Translations under genes and position numbers: made by a program
Shown: piece after piece, positions 1 through 9,550 of the stretch
Layout: every line of letters begins with the position of its first letter
Numbering within the stretch: position 1 is the first letter of the stretch
The notes under the pieces: generated by a model
Seen by the model: only the letters and a program-made list of their open reading frames with translations
Told to the model about the DNA's origin: nothing
Databases searched by the model: none
Source: an uncultured Chloroflexota bacterium
GTDB taxonomy: Bacteria > Chloroflexota > UBA11872
NCBI GenBank assembly: GCA_964522375.1
Contig: CAZFVB010000001.1
Span: 33,041 to 97,040 of the forward strand
Direction of reading: 5' to 3'
Length of the DNA stretch: 64,000 nt

Positions 1-231
1 TCGCCTCCGGGCTCCAGATGAATTTCGGCGAGCAGCATTGAATTACCCCAGACCATCGTGCGTCGTTGGACACCGACCATCATCTGATTAAGGGGCCGTT
101 CTTCTCGTTTCTTTACTGGCACTGCAATTCTCCAATGTGTCGCAACTGAAACTGCATTGTCGCAAGGTGGGGGCACATGTAGGCCGCTGTTTCGCGGCTT
201 GGGCCCGTGGCCGACATGCAAGTGCAGATTG

Positions 232-1458
232 CTAGGGGTTCATATCTTGCTTAAGCATGCGCTCAATCATGTGCAGGCTCGGCCGTTCCCCTTCAACGTG
301 AGAGGGCGCCCAGTCGCCTTTCAGCCCGGTTTCGGTGACGACGCAAACAGTTTCGGCGTTTCCATCAATAACCTTTTCTTGAGCCAAGCGAGCAGCTACG
401 GCTACAGGTACGGTTCCTGTCGGACCAACCCACAGACCTTCAAGTGCAGCGATTGTTTGCTGCATCGCAAGGATTTCCTCGTCTGACACACATCCAGCCG
501 CTCCGTCTTGCTCACGAATCCTGCGAAGCGTGAGGAGCCCTTTGCGGCCCATATCCCCTACGGCAGTGCCTTCGGCTATGGTGTAACCGATGTCTTTGGG
601 TTGAAGGTTTTCTCCAGATGTCCACGCTGTAGCGATAGTGTTCGCCTCGTCCGATTGTGCTGATACAGGCCGCGGCATATGTTCAATCAGGCTCATCGTT
701 TTCAGGGCTGACCAGGCTCGCTGGCTCGCCAGAAGTGTTTCGCCCATCCCGACGGGATAGACCATGGTGTCGGGTGCCCGTCTGCCAAGTTGCTCGAAGA
801 TCTCTAGAGCAACGGTTTTTTTTCCTTCTTGCTTGTAAGGGTTGCGTGTTGCTCCTCCGTCGAAGAACCATTGCTTGTCGACTGCTTCGTCAAACACAGA
901 GATCATGTCGTCGTAGCTGCCGTCATACCAGATGGCATCGCTCGCGACACCGACGATATGCGCCATCTTCGCTGGCGTGGTTCTTGTGTAGCAGAAGACT
1001 GCACCCCGGAGCCCGGCTCTCGCCGCGTAGGTGGCGATAGATGATGCTGCGTTCCCCGTCGATACAACCCCGATCACATCAAATCCAAACTGTTTGGCCG
1101 CCGCTGTCGCCGTTTGACTTGATCGATCTTTGACGGTTCCAGTTGGTAGCCCACCTTCAAACTTGATCCAAAGCTTTGGGATTCCAATGGCAGCCCCTAA
1201 TCGGGGTGCGGGCATTAAGGGTGTGGGTTGCTCGCCTAACGAAATGAAATGTTCAGGTTGGTGGATGGGCATCCATGCTGCGTATCGCCAGACGCCGGTT
1301 CGGCTGGTGTTGGGGCTGGCGAATTCCGAAAGCCGCTCAAGGTCATATTTAATTTCAAGGAGACCGTCACATCGGGTGCAATTTAGATGGTAGGCCAGTG
1401 GATGTTCCGTGTTGCAGTCCACGCAAAACAGCCCAATTGCTAAAGATTCGCTGGGCAC
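232..1458 (-). CDS. thrC: Threonine synthase (PLP fold-type II) with N-terminal Cys4 zinc-ribbon
   Basis: 408 aa. The PLP-lysine motif FEGGLPTGTVKDRSS matches the threonine synthase/TrpB family. The N-terminal CxxC...CxxC ribbon (CVDCNTEH...CTRCDG) resembles archaeal/Thermus-type threonine synthases. Confidence 0.7.
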   Translation of the reverse strand: MPSESLAIGLFCVDCNTEHPLAYHLNCTRCDGLLEIKYDLERLSEFASPNTSRTGVWRYAAWMPIHQPEHFISLGEQPTPLMPAPRLGAAIGIPKLWIKFEGGLPTGTVKDRSSQTATAAAKQFGFDVIGVVSTGNAASSIATYAARAGLRGAVFCYTRTTPAKMAHIVGVASDAIWYDGSYDDMISVFDEAVDKQWFFDGGATRNPYKQEGKKTVALEIFEQLGRRAPDTMVYPVGMGETLLASQRAWSALKTMSLIEHMPRPVSAQSDEANTIATAWTSGENLQPKDIGYTIAEGTAVGDMGRKGLLTLRRIREQDGAAGCVSDEEILAMQQTIAALEGLWVGPTGTVPVAVAARLAQEKVIDGNAETVCVVTETGLKGDWAPSHVEGERPSLHMIERMLKQDMNP

Positions 1459-1565
1459 AAGCTTGGTTTCTGGATGCGATATCTCCTAAGCGTAGCTCTT
1501 CAGCAGACGCCCCACGTTTCGAACTAGCGTGACATGGAGCGTCTGCGAAGGCTCGGGGTGATCCA

Positions 1566-1597
1566 GCAACAAAAGAAAACCGCCCCCGAAGGGGCGG
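1566..1597 (-). terminator. Rho-independent terminator downstream of the hsp20 gene
   Basis: GC stem CCGCCCC/GGGGCGG (1580-1586/1591-1597) with loop CGAA. On the minus strand it is followed by the U-rich tract TTTTCTTTTGTT. It lies between the hsp20 stop (1656) and the thrC start (1458). Confidence 0.6.
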
Positions 1598-1655
1598 CTT
1601 CTCAGGAGAGTGTGGTTGTCGATTAATAGGCTGGGTCTTTAGCAACCTCTAGCTG

Positions 1656-2108
1656 TTAGGGTTGCCCGATCTGGATGCTGGAGGGCATAGCGTCCCGAGC
1701 CTTGGGTATTCGAGCCGTTAAAACTCCGTTCTTGTAATCGGCACTTGCGTTGTCGATGCTGGTTCTCACCGGAAGTGGAATTCTTCGTGAGAATCGGCCC
1801 GATCGACGTTCGCGAACGTGGTAGTGCGTCTCGTGGTCCGATGAGGTTTCGCCGGATGTTTCCCGAGCACCTTCGATAAGCAATACTCCGTCTACGTGAG
1901 ATACCGACATCTCGTCAGCGCTGTAGCCAGGAATGGATGCCCGGACAATCACAGCGTCTTTGGTTTCCTCGATATCCACAGGTGGAACCCAGGTAGTGTC
2001 ATTAGTACTGCCCGGTGCCAATGGTTGGCCGAGCCAATCCCGGTCGAAGAAATCGCCAAGCAAATCGTATCGATGTGTAAACGGTCGTCGTCGTATGGCG
2101 AGGGCCAT
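1656..2108 (-). CDS. Hsp20/alpha-crystallin family small heat-shock protein
   Basis: Alpha-crystallin domain (WVPPVDIEETKDAVIVRASIPGYSADEMSVSHVDGVLLIEGAR...RRIPLP). The start is taken at the internal ATG (MALAIRR) because a strong SD sequence GGGAGGA sits 6-7 nt upstream. The longer listed ORF start lacks an RBS. Confidence 0.85.
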   Translation of the reverse strand: MALAIRRRPFTHRYDLLGDFFDRDWLGQPLAPGSTNDTTWVPPVDIEETKDAVIVRASIPGYSADEMSVSHVDGVLLIEGARETSGETSSDHETHYHVRERRSGRFSRRIPLPVRTSIDNASADYKNGVLTARIPKARDAMPSSIQIGQP

Positions 2109-2157
2109 ATGTGTCCTCCCAAAGCTGCATGTACTATTACTCACCTAAGGATCATAT

Positions 2158-2182
2158 AACTTGAGTGCTTATCTGTCAAGTT
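2158..2182. promoter_or_regulatory. HAIR-like inverted repeat (putative HspR operator) about 50 bp upstream of hsp20
   Basis: Sequence AACTTGAgtgcttatctgTCAAGTT. The core CTTGAGT-N7-TGTCAAG resembles the HspR-associated inverted repeat consensus CTTGAGT-N7-ACTCAAG, with arm 1 exact and arm 2 matching 5 of 7. The flanking 7-bp arms AACTTGA/TCAAGTT are perfectly complementary. Confidence 0.4.
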
Positions 2183-2273
2183 AAGGTGTCATTGTAGATG
2201 CGTGTGTGTCGCTCAATGTTTGGTCGTGGGTCGAGGTTTTTTCATATGTAGCTAGAACGTCAGCATTTGGACG

Positions 2274-3356
2274 CTATTTTGTGGTCGGAAATTCCAATCC
2301 GAGGTCGTCGGCGAGAGAATCGAGGTTGTCCAGAACCCCTGGTGGATAGGAGATCCCGGTGTGTTTTCGGGTTTCAAATAGTTCCCATTCGGGTTGGCCT
2401 GGCATGCGTACCTGTGGAAATCCGTCAGCTGGCGGAAGTTGGTTGACGGCATGGGTCTGAAGATCCATCGCCTGTCGAAAATCTGCGATCGGGAGAAAGG
2501 CGTTGACATCGATTGTCATAAAAAACAGGCTGCCTTTTGGCCCGGACGTAGGGGGATCATAGGCACCCTTCATAATCGTTGCCCCGTCTCCCGTGAGGCA
2601 GCCAGCGATTAGGTCATGGATAAGGCCGATCCCATAGCCCTTCGGTCCTCCCGCAGGAAGAACATACGCCGCGTCTGCTGCGTTGTTTGTGGGCTGACCA
2701 TCCGCGTCAGCGGCCACATTATCTGGTAGGGGTTGATCGGCGGCAGCGGCGAGTCGTATTTTTCCGATGGCGTAGGCACCGCAGGCCATATCAAGTACCA
2801 CTGGATACGGGTTGCCCGAAGGAAAAGCCCAAGCTAACGGGGTGTTTCCGGTTGCTGGTTCCTTGCTGCCGTACGCGAGGTTAATTGGTCCAGCCATGTT
2901 GCTGGTTGCGAAACCTATGAATCCGGCGTTGGCTGCAAGCAACGCCCAGTAGGCAGCTGCTCCAAAATGTCCGGTATTCGCAACCGATGCCACTCCAATT
3001 CCTCGTTCCGTTGCAAGATTCATCGCCGCTTGTATGCCTGCGCGAGCCCCAATTTGTCCTAGTGATCGATCCCCTTCAAAGACAGCAGCTCCCTGGCTGT
3101 CGTTGGTAGTTCGGACCTTGGGAGTGGGATTTGCTGTTCCAGCCTGAATTTCATGTATGTAGTTGGTCAAAAGCCGCACGCCATGCGAATGTACGCCGCG
3201 CAAATCTGCATGGATGAGGGTTTTTCCAACGAACTTCGCGTCGTCGATTGGGACGCCGACTTGGGCTAGTGCACTGGTTGCAAAATCTTCCACATGCCTA
3301 GCGTCTATCGGCGGTCCGTCGTTTCGATAGTGGAGTTGTTCGGTCATGTGTCCCAC
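2274..3356 (-). CDS. Ldh_2 family (malate/L-lactate dehydrogenase family 2) NAD(P)H-dependent oxidoreductase
   Basis: 360 aa. Family signature DLRGVHSHGVRLL. It overlaps the upstream paralog by 13 nt, so the two are translationally coupled. Confidence 0.7.
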   Translation of the reverse strand: MGHMTEQLHYRNDGPPIDARHVEDFATSALAQVGVPIDDAKFVGKTLIHADLRGVHSHGVRLLTNYIHEIQAGTANPTPKVRTTNDSQGAAVFEGDRSLGQIGARAGIQAAMNLATERGIGVASVANTGHFGAAAYWALLAANAGFIGFATSNMAGPINLAYGSKEPATGNTPLAWAFPSGNPYPVVLDMACGAYAIGKIRLAAAADQPLPDNVAADADGQPTNNAADAAYVLPAGGPKGYGIGLIHDLIAGCLTGDGATIMKGAYDPPTSGPKGSLFFMTIDVNAFLPIADFRQAMDLQTHAVNQLPPADGFPQVRMPGQPEWELFETRKHTGISYPPGVLDNLDSLADDLGLEFPTTK

Positions 3357-4414
3357 ACCGGATCAACACCATAGTCTTTGGCTGTTGCAGCTACAGCTTC
3401 TAGTAGGCCAGCTGGATAGCCAATGCCGTGGGCCACGCTTTCGGATTTCTTGAGAAACTCTGGCTCGCCCGGAGCTAGCACCTGATCGAACCCTTCGGAT
3501 GGCTTCAGAGCGTGAATCGCGTCAAGGGTTCGATCTACGTCCGCGGTAAAGTCGTCTAATGACCGGAATGCTTCTACGTTAATTACTGCGAATACCTGTC
3601 CTACGATGCCCTGATCCCGTTCGGCGGGCCCACGATTCACGGCCGCCATGGCGTTAGCCAGAATTCCTGACAGTGTCTCCATCACGATGCCGAGGCCGAA
3701 TCCCTTGGGTCCAGCAAACGGATTAAGCCAAACGAGTTCATTTGGATCAGTGGTGGGGTTGCCTTCTCGGTCCACTCCAACGTCTGGGGGGATGGTTTGC
3801 CCGGTTTGTGCCGCGACACGGACTTTTCCCATTGCGGAGAAACCAACAGCCATATCTGCAACTACCGGATGATGCGCTCCCGCGGGAATCGCCCAGGCAA
3901 TTGGCCCGTTGGTCATCGCGGGTTTACGACTTCCATAGGCTAGAACGTACGAGTGGCCACCGCCGCTGCTGGTTACGAAGGCGATGCATCCGGCCTTTAC
4001 CGCACGAAGCGCCCAGTGGGCCGCTGGTCCGAAGTGGCGGCCGTTCTGGACACAAACCATGGCTGCAGCACCTTGCTGCGCCAGGTCAATGGCTCGTGTT
4101 ATGGCCTCATCGGATGAGACTGCTCCAGGTGCGCCTTGGGCATCTAGCACCGTGGTTGAGGCGTGTTCTCGGATCACGCTGATTTCAGCTGTTGGGTTGA
4201 TAACCCCTTCCCGAATTTCAGCAGAGTAAGGTGTGACACGGGTGACACCGTGGGAAAAAACGCCGCGGGCGTCTGCTTCGACCAAAACATCTGCAATCAG
4301 ATCCGCCCGAGGGCCGGGAACTCCGGCGGCTTGCATGACCTTGCTTGTGAACGTCCGCATGCGCGCAATAGGAACTCGGTTGCCAACTGCGGCTGCAGCG
4401 AATGTAGAACTCAT
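3344..4414 (-). CDS. Ldh_2 family oxidoreductase (second tandem paralog)
   Basis: 356 aa. Signature EADARGVFSHGVTRV. It overlaps the upstream aminotransferase gene by 4 nt. Confidence 0.7.
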   Translation of the reverse strand: MSSTFAAAAVGNRVPIARMRTFTSKVMQAAGVPGPRADLIADVLVEADARGVFSHGVTRVTPYSAEIREGVINPTAEISVIREHASTTVLDAQGAPGAVSSDEAITRAIDLAQQGAAAMVCVQNGRHFGPAAHWALRAVKAGCIAFVTSSGGGHSYVLAYGSRKPAMTNGPIAWAIPAGAHHPVVADMAVGFSAMGKVRVAAQTGQTIPPDVGVDREGNPTTDPNELVWLNPFAGPKGFGLGIVMETLSGILANAMAAVNRGPAERDQGIVGQVFAVINVEAFRSLDDFTADVDRTLDAIHALKPSEGFDQVLAPGEPEFLKKSESVAHGIGYPAGLLEAVAATAKDYGVDPVWDT

Positions 4415-5598
4415 TGGACTGATGCTTTTATAGCTTGGCCGAGAATTTCAACACCGGCCCGAATCTGATCGTGGGTCGCGTGGCTAAAGGCTAGTCGGAT
4501 AGACCCTAAATCGGCGCCATCAACGCGGAAGACCGATCCACTACGTATGAGAACTCCCTGGGTTCGACACCGTTCCAACACGTTGGTTACAAGGTCTGGT
4601 CGGTTAAGTCTGATCCAGACAAAGAATCCGCCGTTGGGTTTTTCCCAGGTTGCGTGTTGCCCGACATGCGTATCCAGTGCCTCGAGCATCACGTCCCGTC
4701 TGGTTCGATATATCGATTGCAACTCACTGATATGTTGTTCCATGTGGTTTTGCATGAAGTGGGTTGCCAACGCTGAACTAAATGGACTCGTGCCGCCGTC
4801 GGCCTTAAGGGGGAGGATACGGTCCGCAAGCGAACTCGATGCCAGAATCCATCCAAGTCGAATGCCGGCACCGAGAATTTTTGAGAATGTCCCAGCACGA
4901 ACCACCATCCCGCTACCACCATCAAGCTCATACATCGAAGGTGGCCGATCCCCGTCATAGTGCAGTTCATAGTAGGCATCGTCTTCGAGTATAGGGATGC
5001 GATGCCTACGGCATATCTCAAGGAGTTCATGCCGACGTTGGATGGTCGTTGTCCGTCCCATCGGATTCTGAAATGTCGGGATTGTGTAAAACAGAGCTGG
5101 ACGTTGTTCTGAAATAGACTTCTCAAGCTCATTGGGTAGGGGGCCATCGGCGTCCCATGGAACGTGAAATCCATAGCTGCTTACACGACGTACAAATAGG
5201 GCTCCGAACGAAGCCTCATCTAGAGCAACTGGTTGGTCACGATTGGCAAATGTCCGCAAGGTAAGATCAAGTCCTTGGCCCGATCCATTGGTAATGATGA
5301 TTTGTTCAGGATCAACCTCGAGCCCTTCAAAGATCCGGAGTTTTTCCCGAACGATTTCTATGAGGTCAATACTTCCCTGCCGACGGCCATAGAGGAGCAT
5401 TTCTGGTCTGTCGGGCAATGTATTTCGTGCTGCCTCGACCATTGCTTGAAGGGGAAGGCTTTCTTCTGCAGGTTGTCCCACGAGAAGGTCAGCAACAATG
5501 TCGGAAGGGGCACCCGAGGCTGACACCATGAGCCCCGGTGCTGCTCGATGGCGAGCCTCCTCACTGAGTAGCGATTCAAATTCGAACTCGTCAGTCAC
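4411..5598 (-). CDS. PLP-dependent aminotransferase, class I/II (2-aminoadipate/aromatic aminotransferase-like, no HTH domain)
   Basis: 395 aa. PLP-lysine motif TFSKILGAGIRLGW and an aminotransferase-fold C-terminal region. It is first in a three-gene coupled unit with the two Ldh_2 genes. Confidence 0.65.
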   Translation of the reverse strand: MTDEFEFESLLSEEARHRAAPGLMVSASGAPSDIVADLLVGQPAEESLPLQAMVEAARNTLPDRPEMLLYGRRQGSIDLIEIVREKLRIFEGLEVDPEQIIITNGSGQGLDLTLRTFANRDQPVALDEASFGALFVRRVSSYGFHVPWDADGPLPNELEKSISEQRPALFYTIPTFQNPMGRTTTIQRRHELLEICRRHRIPILEDDAYYELHYDGDRPPSMYELDGGSGMVVRAGTFSKILGAGIRLGWILASSSLADRILPLKADGGTSPFSSALATHFMQNHMEQHISELQSIYRTRRDVMLEALDTHVGQHATWEKPNGGFFVWIRLNRPDLVTNVLERCRTQGVLIRSGSVFRVDGADLGSIRLAFSHATHDQIRAGVEILGQAIKASVQ

Positions 5599-5627
5599 AG
5601 GTGTCTCACCGTATCTACAATTCGTGG

Positions 5628-7280
5628 CTAGTAAATTCCGGCCTCACTCGCAAAACCTTCTTCGGGTTTTGCCGCGACCGGTATTGGTCGATTCTCGCAA
5701 ACGATAGCTTCAGTTGTCAGTGTCATCATTCCGACACTGGTGGCTGATTGAAGACAAGCAATCTCAATGGCCGCCGGGTCAATGATCCCCTTTTCTTCCA
5801 TGTCCACGTATTCGTCGTTAACAGCGTCCCATCCATGCCATTCGGGAAGTTTTTGAGCACGGTTTACAACTACTGATGGGTTCACGCCAGAATTTTTTGC
5901 AATCCGACGCATCGGAGCTTCGAGCGCGTCAGCGATGATTCGAGCTCCGACAGCGGCGTCACCAGAAAGCTCGTCCGCGACTTTCAGAGCTGCTGTCTGG
6001 GCACGCAATAGGGAAGTACCACCACCAGGCACGATACCTTCTCGAAGTGCGGCCTTGACAGCTCCGACAGCATCATCGGCCTTGTCTTTTAGATGACGCA
6101 TTTCTTGTTCCGTCACCCCACCTACATTGACAATTCCTACTGATCCGCCCAGGCGGGCGATTCGGCGATCAAACTTCTTAACGAAATTTTGGTTCATCTC
6201 TTCTTCACGTTGGGCACGAAGTTGATTCTGGCGATCTTGGATGTCGGCTTCACGACCAGAACCCTCAAGAACGATCGTCGCCTCTTTGTTGGCGACGACC
6301 CGCTTAGAGAAGCCAAGCCATTCAAGTGGGACATCTTGCCACCTGACCCCTAAGCTATGTGAAACCACAGTTGCACCCGTGAGTACGGCAAAGTCTTCAA
6401 GTAGATCTTTTTGCTCGTCACCGAATGATGGGGACTGGATAGCCACCACATTGAGGTGTCCACGAAGTTTGTTCTGCAAAACAAATGAGAGGGCACCACC
6501 CCCCATGATGTTGGACGCTATGAGCAGGTTTCGGTTGTCACTGGCTGCGACCTTGTCAAGAATGGGAATGAGTTGGTCCTCGTGGACCAGATCCTGGTCA
6601 GTCAGCAACACGTGAGCGTTCTCGAGGGTCCCTTGCATTTTGTGGGTGTCATTCACAAAGTAAGGTGAAATCCAACCCTTATCAATCTGCATGCCTTCGA
6701 CATAACTTGCCTCGAGCCGAACTCCTTTTCGATGTAGATCTACTAGTACCAGTCCGTCGCGACCAACCCGACTCATAATTTCGCCAACCATTGATCCTAG
6801 TTCCGCATCGTCACCAGAGATCATGGCCACGTGTTTAATGTCCTCAGGTGTTTCTACGCGCTTAGCCATATCCCGAATGTATTTGATGGCTGCATCGGAA
6901 GCAGCTTGCAGGCCTTCTCTAATTGCCATGGCGTTCGCGCCGGCTGCAATGTTGTAAAGACCTCGGTGAACGATTGCCTGCGCGAGCACAGTGGCTGTGG
7001 TCGTACCGTCTTCCGTCTGCGCATTTGTCTTCGCGGCAGCTTCTTTCATGATCTGAATACCAAGATCATGAAGGACGTTATTCACCTTCTCAATTTCGTT
7101 CGCAACAGTGACGCCGTCATTTGTGATCTGTGGCGCACGAAGCGTCCGTGCAAAGGCAACGTTTCGGCCACGAGGTCCAAGTGTTGACCCCACGGTGTTG
7201 GCAACGATATCTATGCCAACGCGCAGGGTATCGCGGGCCTCCTGACCGAAACGTACTTCCTTTTTTTCGGGCTTGGGCAT
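5628..7280 (-). CDS. groEL: Chaperonin GroEL (Cpn60)
   Basis: Highly conserved GroEL sequence (KEVRFGQEAR..., GIVPGGG, equatorial and apical domain motifs). The start is set at MPKPEKKEVRF, which has SD GGAGGGA upstream. The listed ORF begins 12 codons earlier. No C-terminal GGM repeat. Confidence 0.95.
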   Translation of the reverse strand: MPKPEKKEVRFGQEARDTLRVGIDIVANTVGSTLGPRGRNVAFARTLRAPQITNDGVTVANEIEKVNNVLHDLGIQIMKEAAAKTNAQTEDGTTTATVLAQAIVHRGLYNIAAGANAMAIREGLQAASDAAIKYIRDMAKRVETPEDIKHVAMISGDDAELGSMVGEIMSRVGRDGLVLVDLHRKGVRLEASYVEGMQIDKGWISPYFVNDTHKMQGTLENAHVLLTDQDLVHEDQLIPILDKVAASDNRNLLIASNIMGGGALSFVLQNKLRGHLNVVAIQSPSFGDEQKDLLEDFAVLTGATVVSHSLGVRWQDVPLEWLGFSKRVVANKEATIVLEGSGREADIQDRQNQLRAQREEEMNQNFVKKFDRRIARLGGSVGIVNVGGVTEQEMRHLKDKADDAVGAVKAALREGIVPGGGTSLLRAQTAALKVADELSGDAAVGARIIADALEAPMRRIAKNSGVNPSVVVNRAQKLPEWHGWDAVNDEYVDMEEKGIIDPAAIEIACLQSATSVGMMTLTTEAIVCENRPIPVAAKPEEGFASEAGIY

Positions 7281-7325
7281 GTTGTGCCCAATCCCTCCGG
7301 GAAGCCGTCCAGGCAAAAGTCGGCG

Positions 7326-7616
7326 CTAGCTAATGATTGCGAGCACGTCGCGCTCGCTAACGATCAGATAGTCCTCATCATCCAGACGAATCTCCGTGCC
7401 TGCATACTTCGCGTACAGGACCTTGTCACCCTCTTTTATTTCAAGAGGAACGGTTTTACCGTCTTCGGTTACCCGTCCTGCACCTGCAGCAATTACTACA
7501 CCTTCTTGCGGTTTTTCCTTGGCTGTGTCAGGCAACACCAGACCGCTAGCAGTTGTCTGTTCCTGATCTTCTGGCTGAATCAATACGCGGTCGCCAAGCG
7601 GCTTCACCTTGGCCAT
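7326..7616 (-). CDS. groES: Co-chaperonin GroES (Cpn10)
   Basis: 96 aa. Sequence [14 protein letters not shown]...[16 protein letters not shown]...KEGDKVLY is typical of GroES. SD GGAGGA upstream. It lies 45 nt upstream of groEL. Confidence 0.95.
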   Translation of the reverse strand: MAKVKPLGDRVLIQPEDQEQTTASGLVLPDTAKEKPQEGVVIAAGAGRVTEDGKTVPLEIKEGDKVLYAKYAGTEIRLDDEDYLIVSERDVLAIIS

Positions 7617-7891
7617 CCATTTTCCTCCATTACAGTCTGACGGTAGATCAATTTGTCTACGTCGTAGTCGCCAACAACTGCCGAGAACGTCGACAGTTAA
7701 ACGCGGGGTTCATAAATCCTAGCCGAGCACCAGACAGCGGTTCAATACCAAACCAACTGTGAGTCGGCACCTCGATGGTACCCTAACGGAAGTGGCGTTG
7801 CATCGTTTCGTGGCGTTGGTTTTTCTGCGTGATTTGGCGGTGGCGACGTTTCGAGGGCCGATCGTCCTATCCTCAGACTCTTGAGAGGTCG

Positions 7892-9097
7892 ATGCGAATG
7901 TCAACGGAAACTTACGATTTGCTGCTTCGGGGTGGCCACGTCATTGACCCGGACTCCGATTTGTCTGGTCCGGCTGATGTCGCTGTCTTAGGGGGGGAAA
8001 TCTCAGCTGTTGGCACCCAAATATCTGGTACGGCACGTGAAACGGTGGATGTATCTGGCTCATATGTTGTGCCGGGGTTGGTTGATTTCCACGTGCATGT
8101 GTACTGGGGTTCGACTGTTTGGGGACTTGAAGCCGACAAAATAGGTGCTGCTGGTGGCACAACGTCTTTTCTTGATACTGGCAGCGCTGGTGCGATTACC
8201 CTTCCAGGGTTTCGTCGATATGTGATCGATCCTGCTCGGACGACGGTAAGGGCTCTTGTCAATATTTGTACCGCCGGTCTTGTAACGAATCTTGGCGAAC
8301 TACGCGATCCCAGGTATCTGGATGTTGAGGGCACCGTCCGTGCTATTGAGGCCAATCGGGATATAGCGCTGGGGGTCAAGATTAGGTACTCAGATGTGAT
8401 TGTTGGAGAAGGTGATCAAGCGCGCACAGCTTTGCTTGCGGCGCTTGAGGCGGCGGAGAGATCTGGAACTTGGCTCATGGTTCACATTGGTAGAACTCCA
8501 GAACCAATCGCTGATGTTCTGCAATTGCTCAGGCCAGGTGACGTTGTCACTCACAGCTACACGCCGCTCGCAGGTGGTGTCATTGACGATCGATCTCTGT
8601 GCGTTTCGCCGGCGGCTATCGAAGCTCGGGCAGCAGGTGTTCAGTTTGACATCGGTCATGGTAAGAGTAGTTTCGGGTGGGCAACGGCCGAAGCAGCGCT
8701 TGCCCAGGGTTTTGCCCCTGATTTCATTAGTTCAGATCTGCATCGTGGTTGTGTGAATGGTCCAGCATTTGATTTGCCCTCCGTAATGACAAAGTTTTGG
8801 ATGCTTGGGATGCCTATAGAAGAGATTGTCATGCGGTGTACAAGCATTCCGGCTCTAAAAATGGGACTTGATGCTGGCACGCTTCGTGTTGGATCTCCGG
8901 CAGATATTGCGGTTCTGGCGATTGGTGAAGAACCAGTTAGTTTTGTCGATTGCACAGGAGAACGTCGGGTGTGGGACCGTCGGCTATCGGCTAGCCATAC
9001 GTATTGTTCCGGCGTTCGATTAGATCCTGAAATTCTTGGAGTGACAGAGGATCTGCCGGTTGAGATTTCCTCTCGTCCAATGGGAGGTGGATCTTGA
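7892..9097 (+). CDS. Metal-dependent amidohydrolase (dihydroorotase/D-aminoacylase-like TIM-barrel)
   Basis: N-terminal LLRGGHVIDP...VVPGLVDFHVHVYW (HxH metal ligands) typical of the amidohydrolase superfamily. The start is placed at MRMSTETYDLL. The listed ORF starts 21 codons earlier. Confidence 0.55.
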   Translation: MRMSTETYDLLLRGGHVIDPDSDLSGPADVAVLGGEISAVGTQISGTARETVDVSGSYVVPGLVDFHVHVYWGSTVWGLEADKIGAAGGTTSFLDTGSAGAITLPGFRRYVIDPARTTVRALVNICTAGLVTNLGELRDPRYLDVEGTVRAIEANRDIALGVKIRYSDVIVGEGDQARTALLAALEAAERSGTWLMVHIGRTPEPIADVLQLLRPGDVVTHSYTPLAGGVIDDRSLCVSPAAIEARAAGVQFDIGHGKSSFGWATAEAALAQGFAPDFISSDLHRGCVNGPAFDLPSVMTKFWMLGMPIEEIVMRCTSIPALKMGLDAGTLRVGSPADIAVLAIGEEPVSFVDCTGERRVWDRRLSASHTYCSGVRLDPEILGVTEDLPVEISSRPMGGGS

Positions 9098-9105
9098 GCG
9101 TAGTG

Positions 9106-9351
9106 TTAATCGTCGAGATATCGAGCTAATGCTGTAAAGGCTCGGGCGAGTTCCATGCCTTCGTCACGATCCATGTGGATGATGAGTCCGCGGTCGAACA
9201 GCTCGACGGTTACAGTGCCATGAGTGGTTTCTTCAGATACTCCTACAGAATCACTGAGATACACTTCCTGAAAGACATGTTCGTGGTCGCCGTTGCTTGG
9301 CTCGTTTGCCACTTGTTTGATTCTCCTGCATGGGCGAGATCTTCTAACCAC
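9106..9351 (-). CDS. Small hypothetical protein (about 67-81 aa)
   Basis: ORF with no recognisable motif. Possible GTG start at VANEPS. Low coding confidence. Confidence 0.25.
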   Translation of the reverse strand: MVRRSRPCRRIKQVANEPSNGDHEHVFQEVYLSDSVGVSEETTHGTVTVELFDRGLIIHMDRDEGMELARAFTALARYLDD

Positions 9352-9550
9352 GAGTGTACTTAGGCATGAAGCCGAGTGCTTTTATTTGACTTGGCTGTTA
9401 GTCGGTGGACGCTATTAGTCCGGCAGGCGATTGGACGAAATGTGCGTCAGTATCGTTAAGCCGTGGTTGTTTGCTTTGCTGAGGTTTTCTAGGGGCGTCC
9501 GTTATGCGGGCGTCGGACGGTGTAGGCCCGGATGCGAAAAGGTCGTCAGA

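Noticed and set aside
3648-4468. Antisense ORFs opposite the Ldh_2 genes (3742-4182, 3984-4229, 4163-4468)
   Set aside because: Same reasoning as for hppA. They are low-complexity Arg/Pro/Trp-rich translations opposite well-supported genes.
7617-7830. Looked for a CIRCE element (TTAGCACTC-N9-GAGTGCTAA) or HAIR upstream of groES
   Set aside because: No match with more than about 5 of 9 identities per arm was found. Only an isolated CTTGAGA half-site occurs near 7838. I report this as a negative observation rather than a feature.
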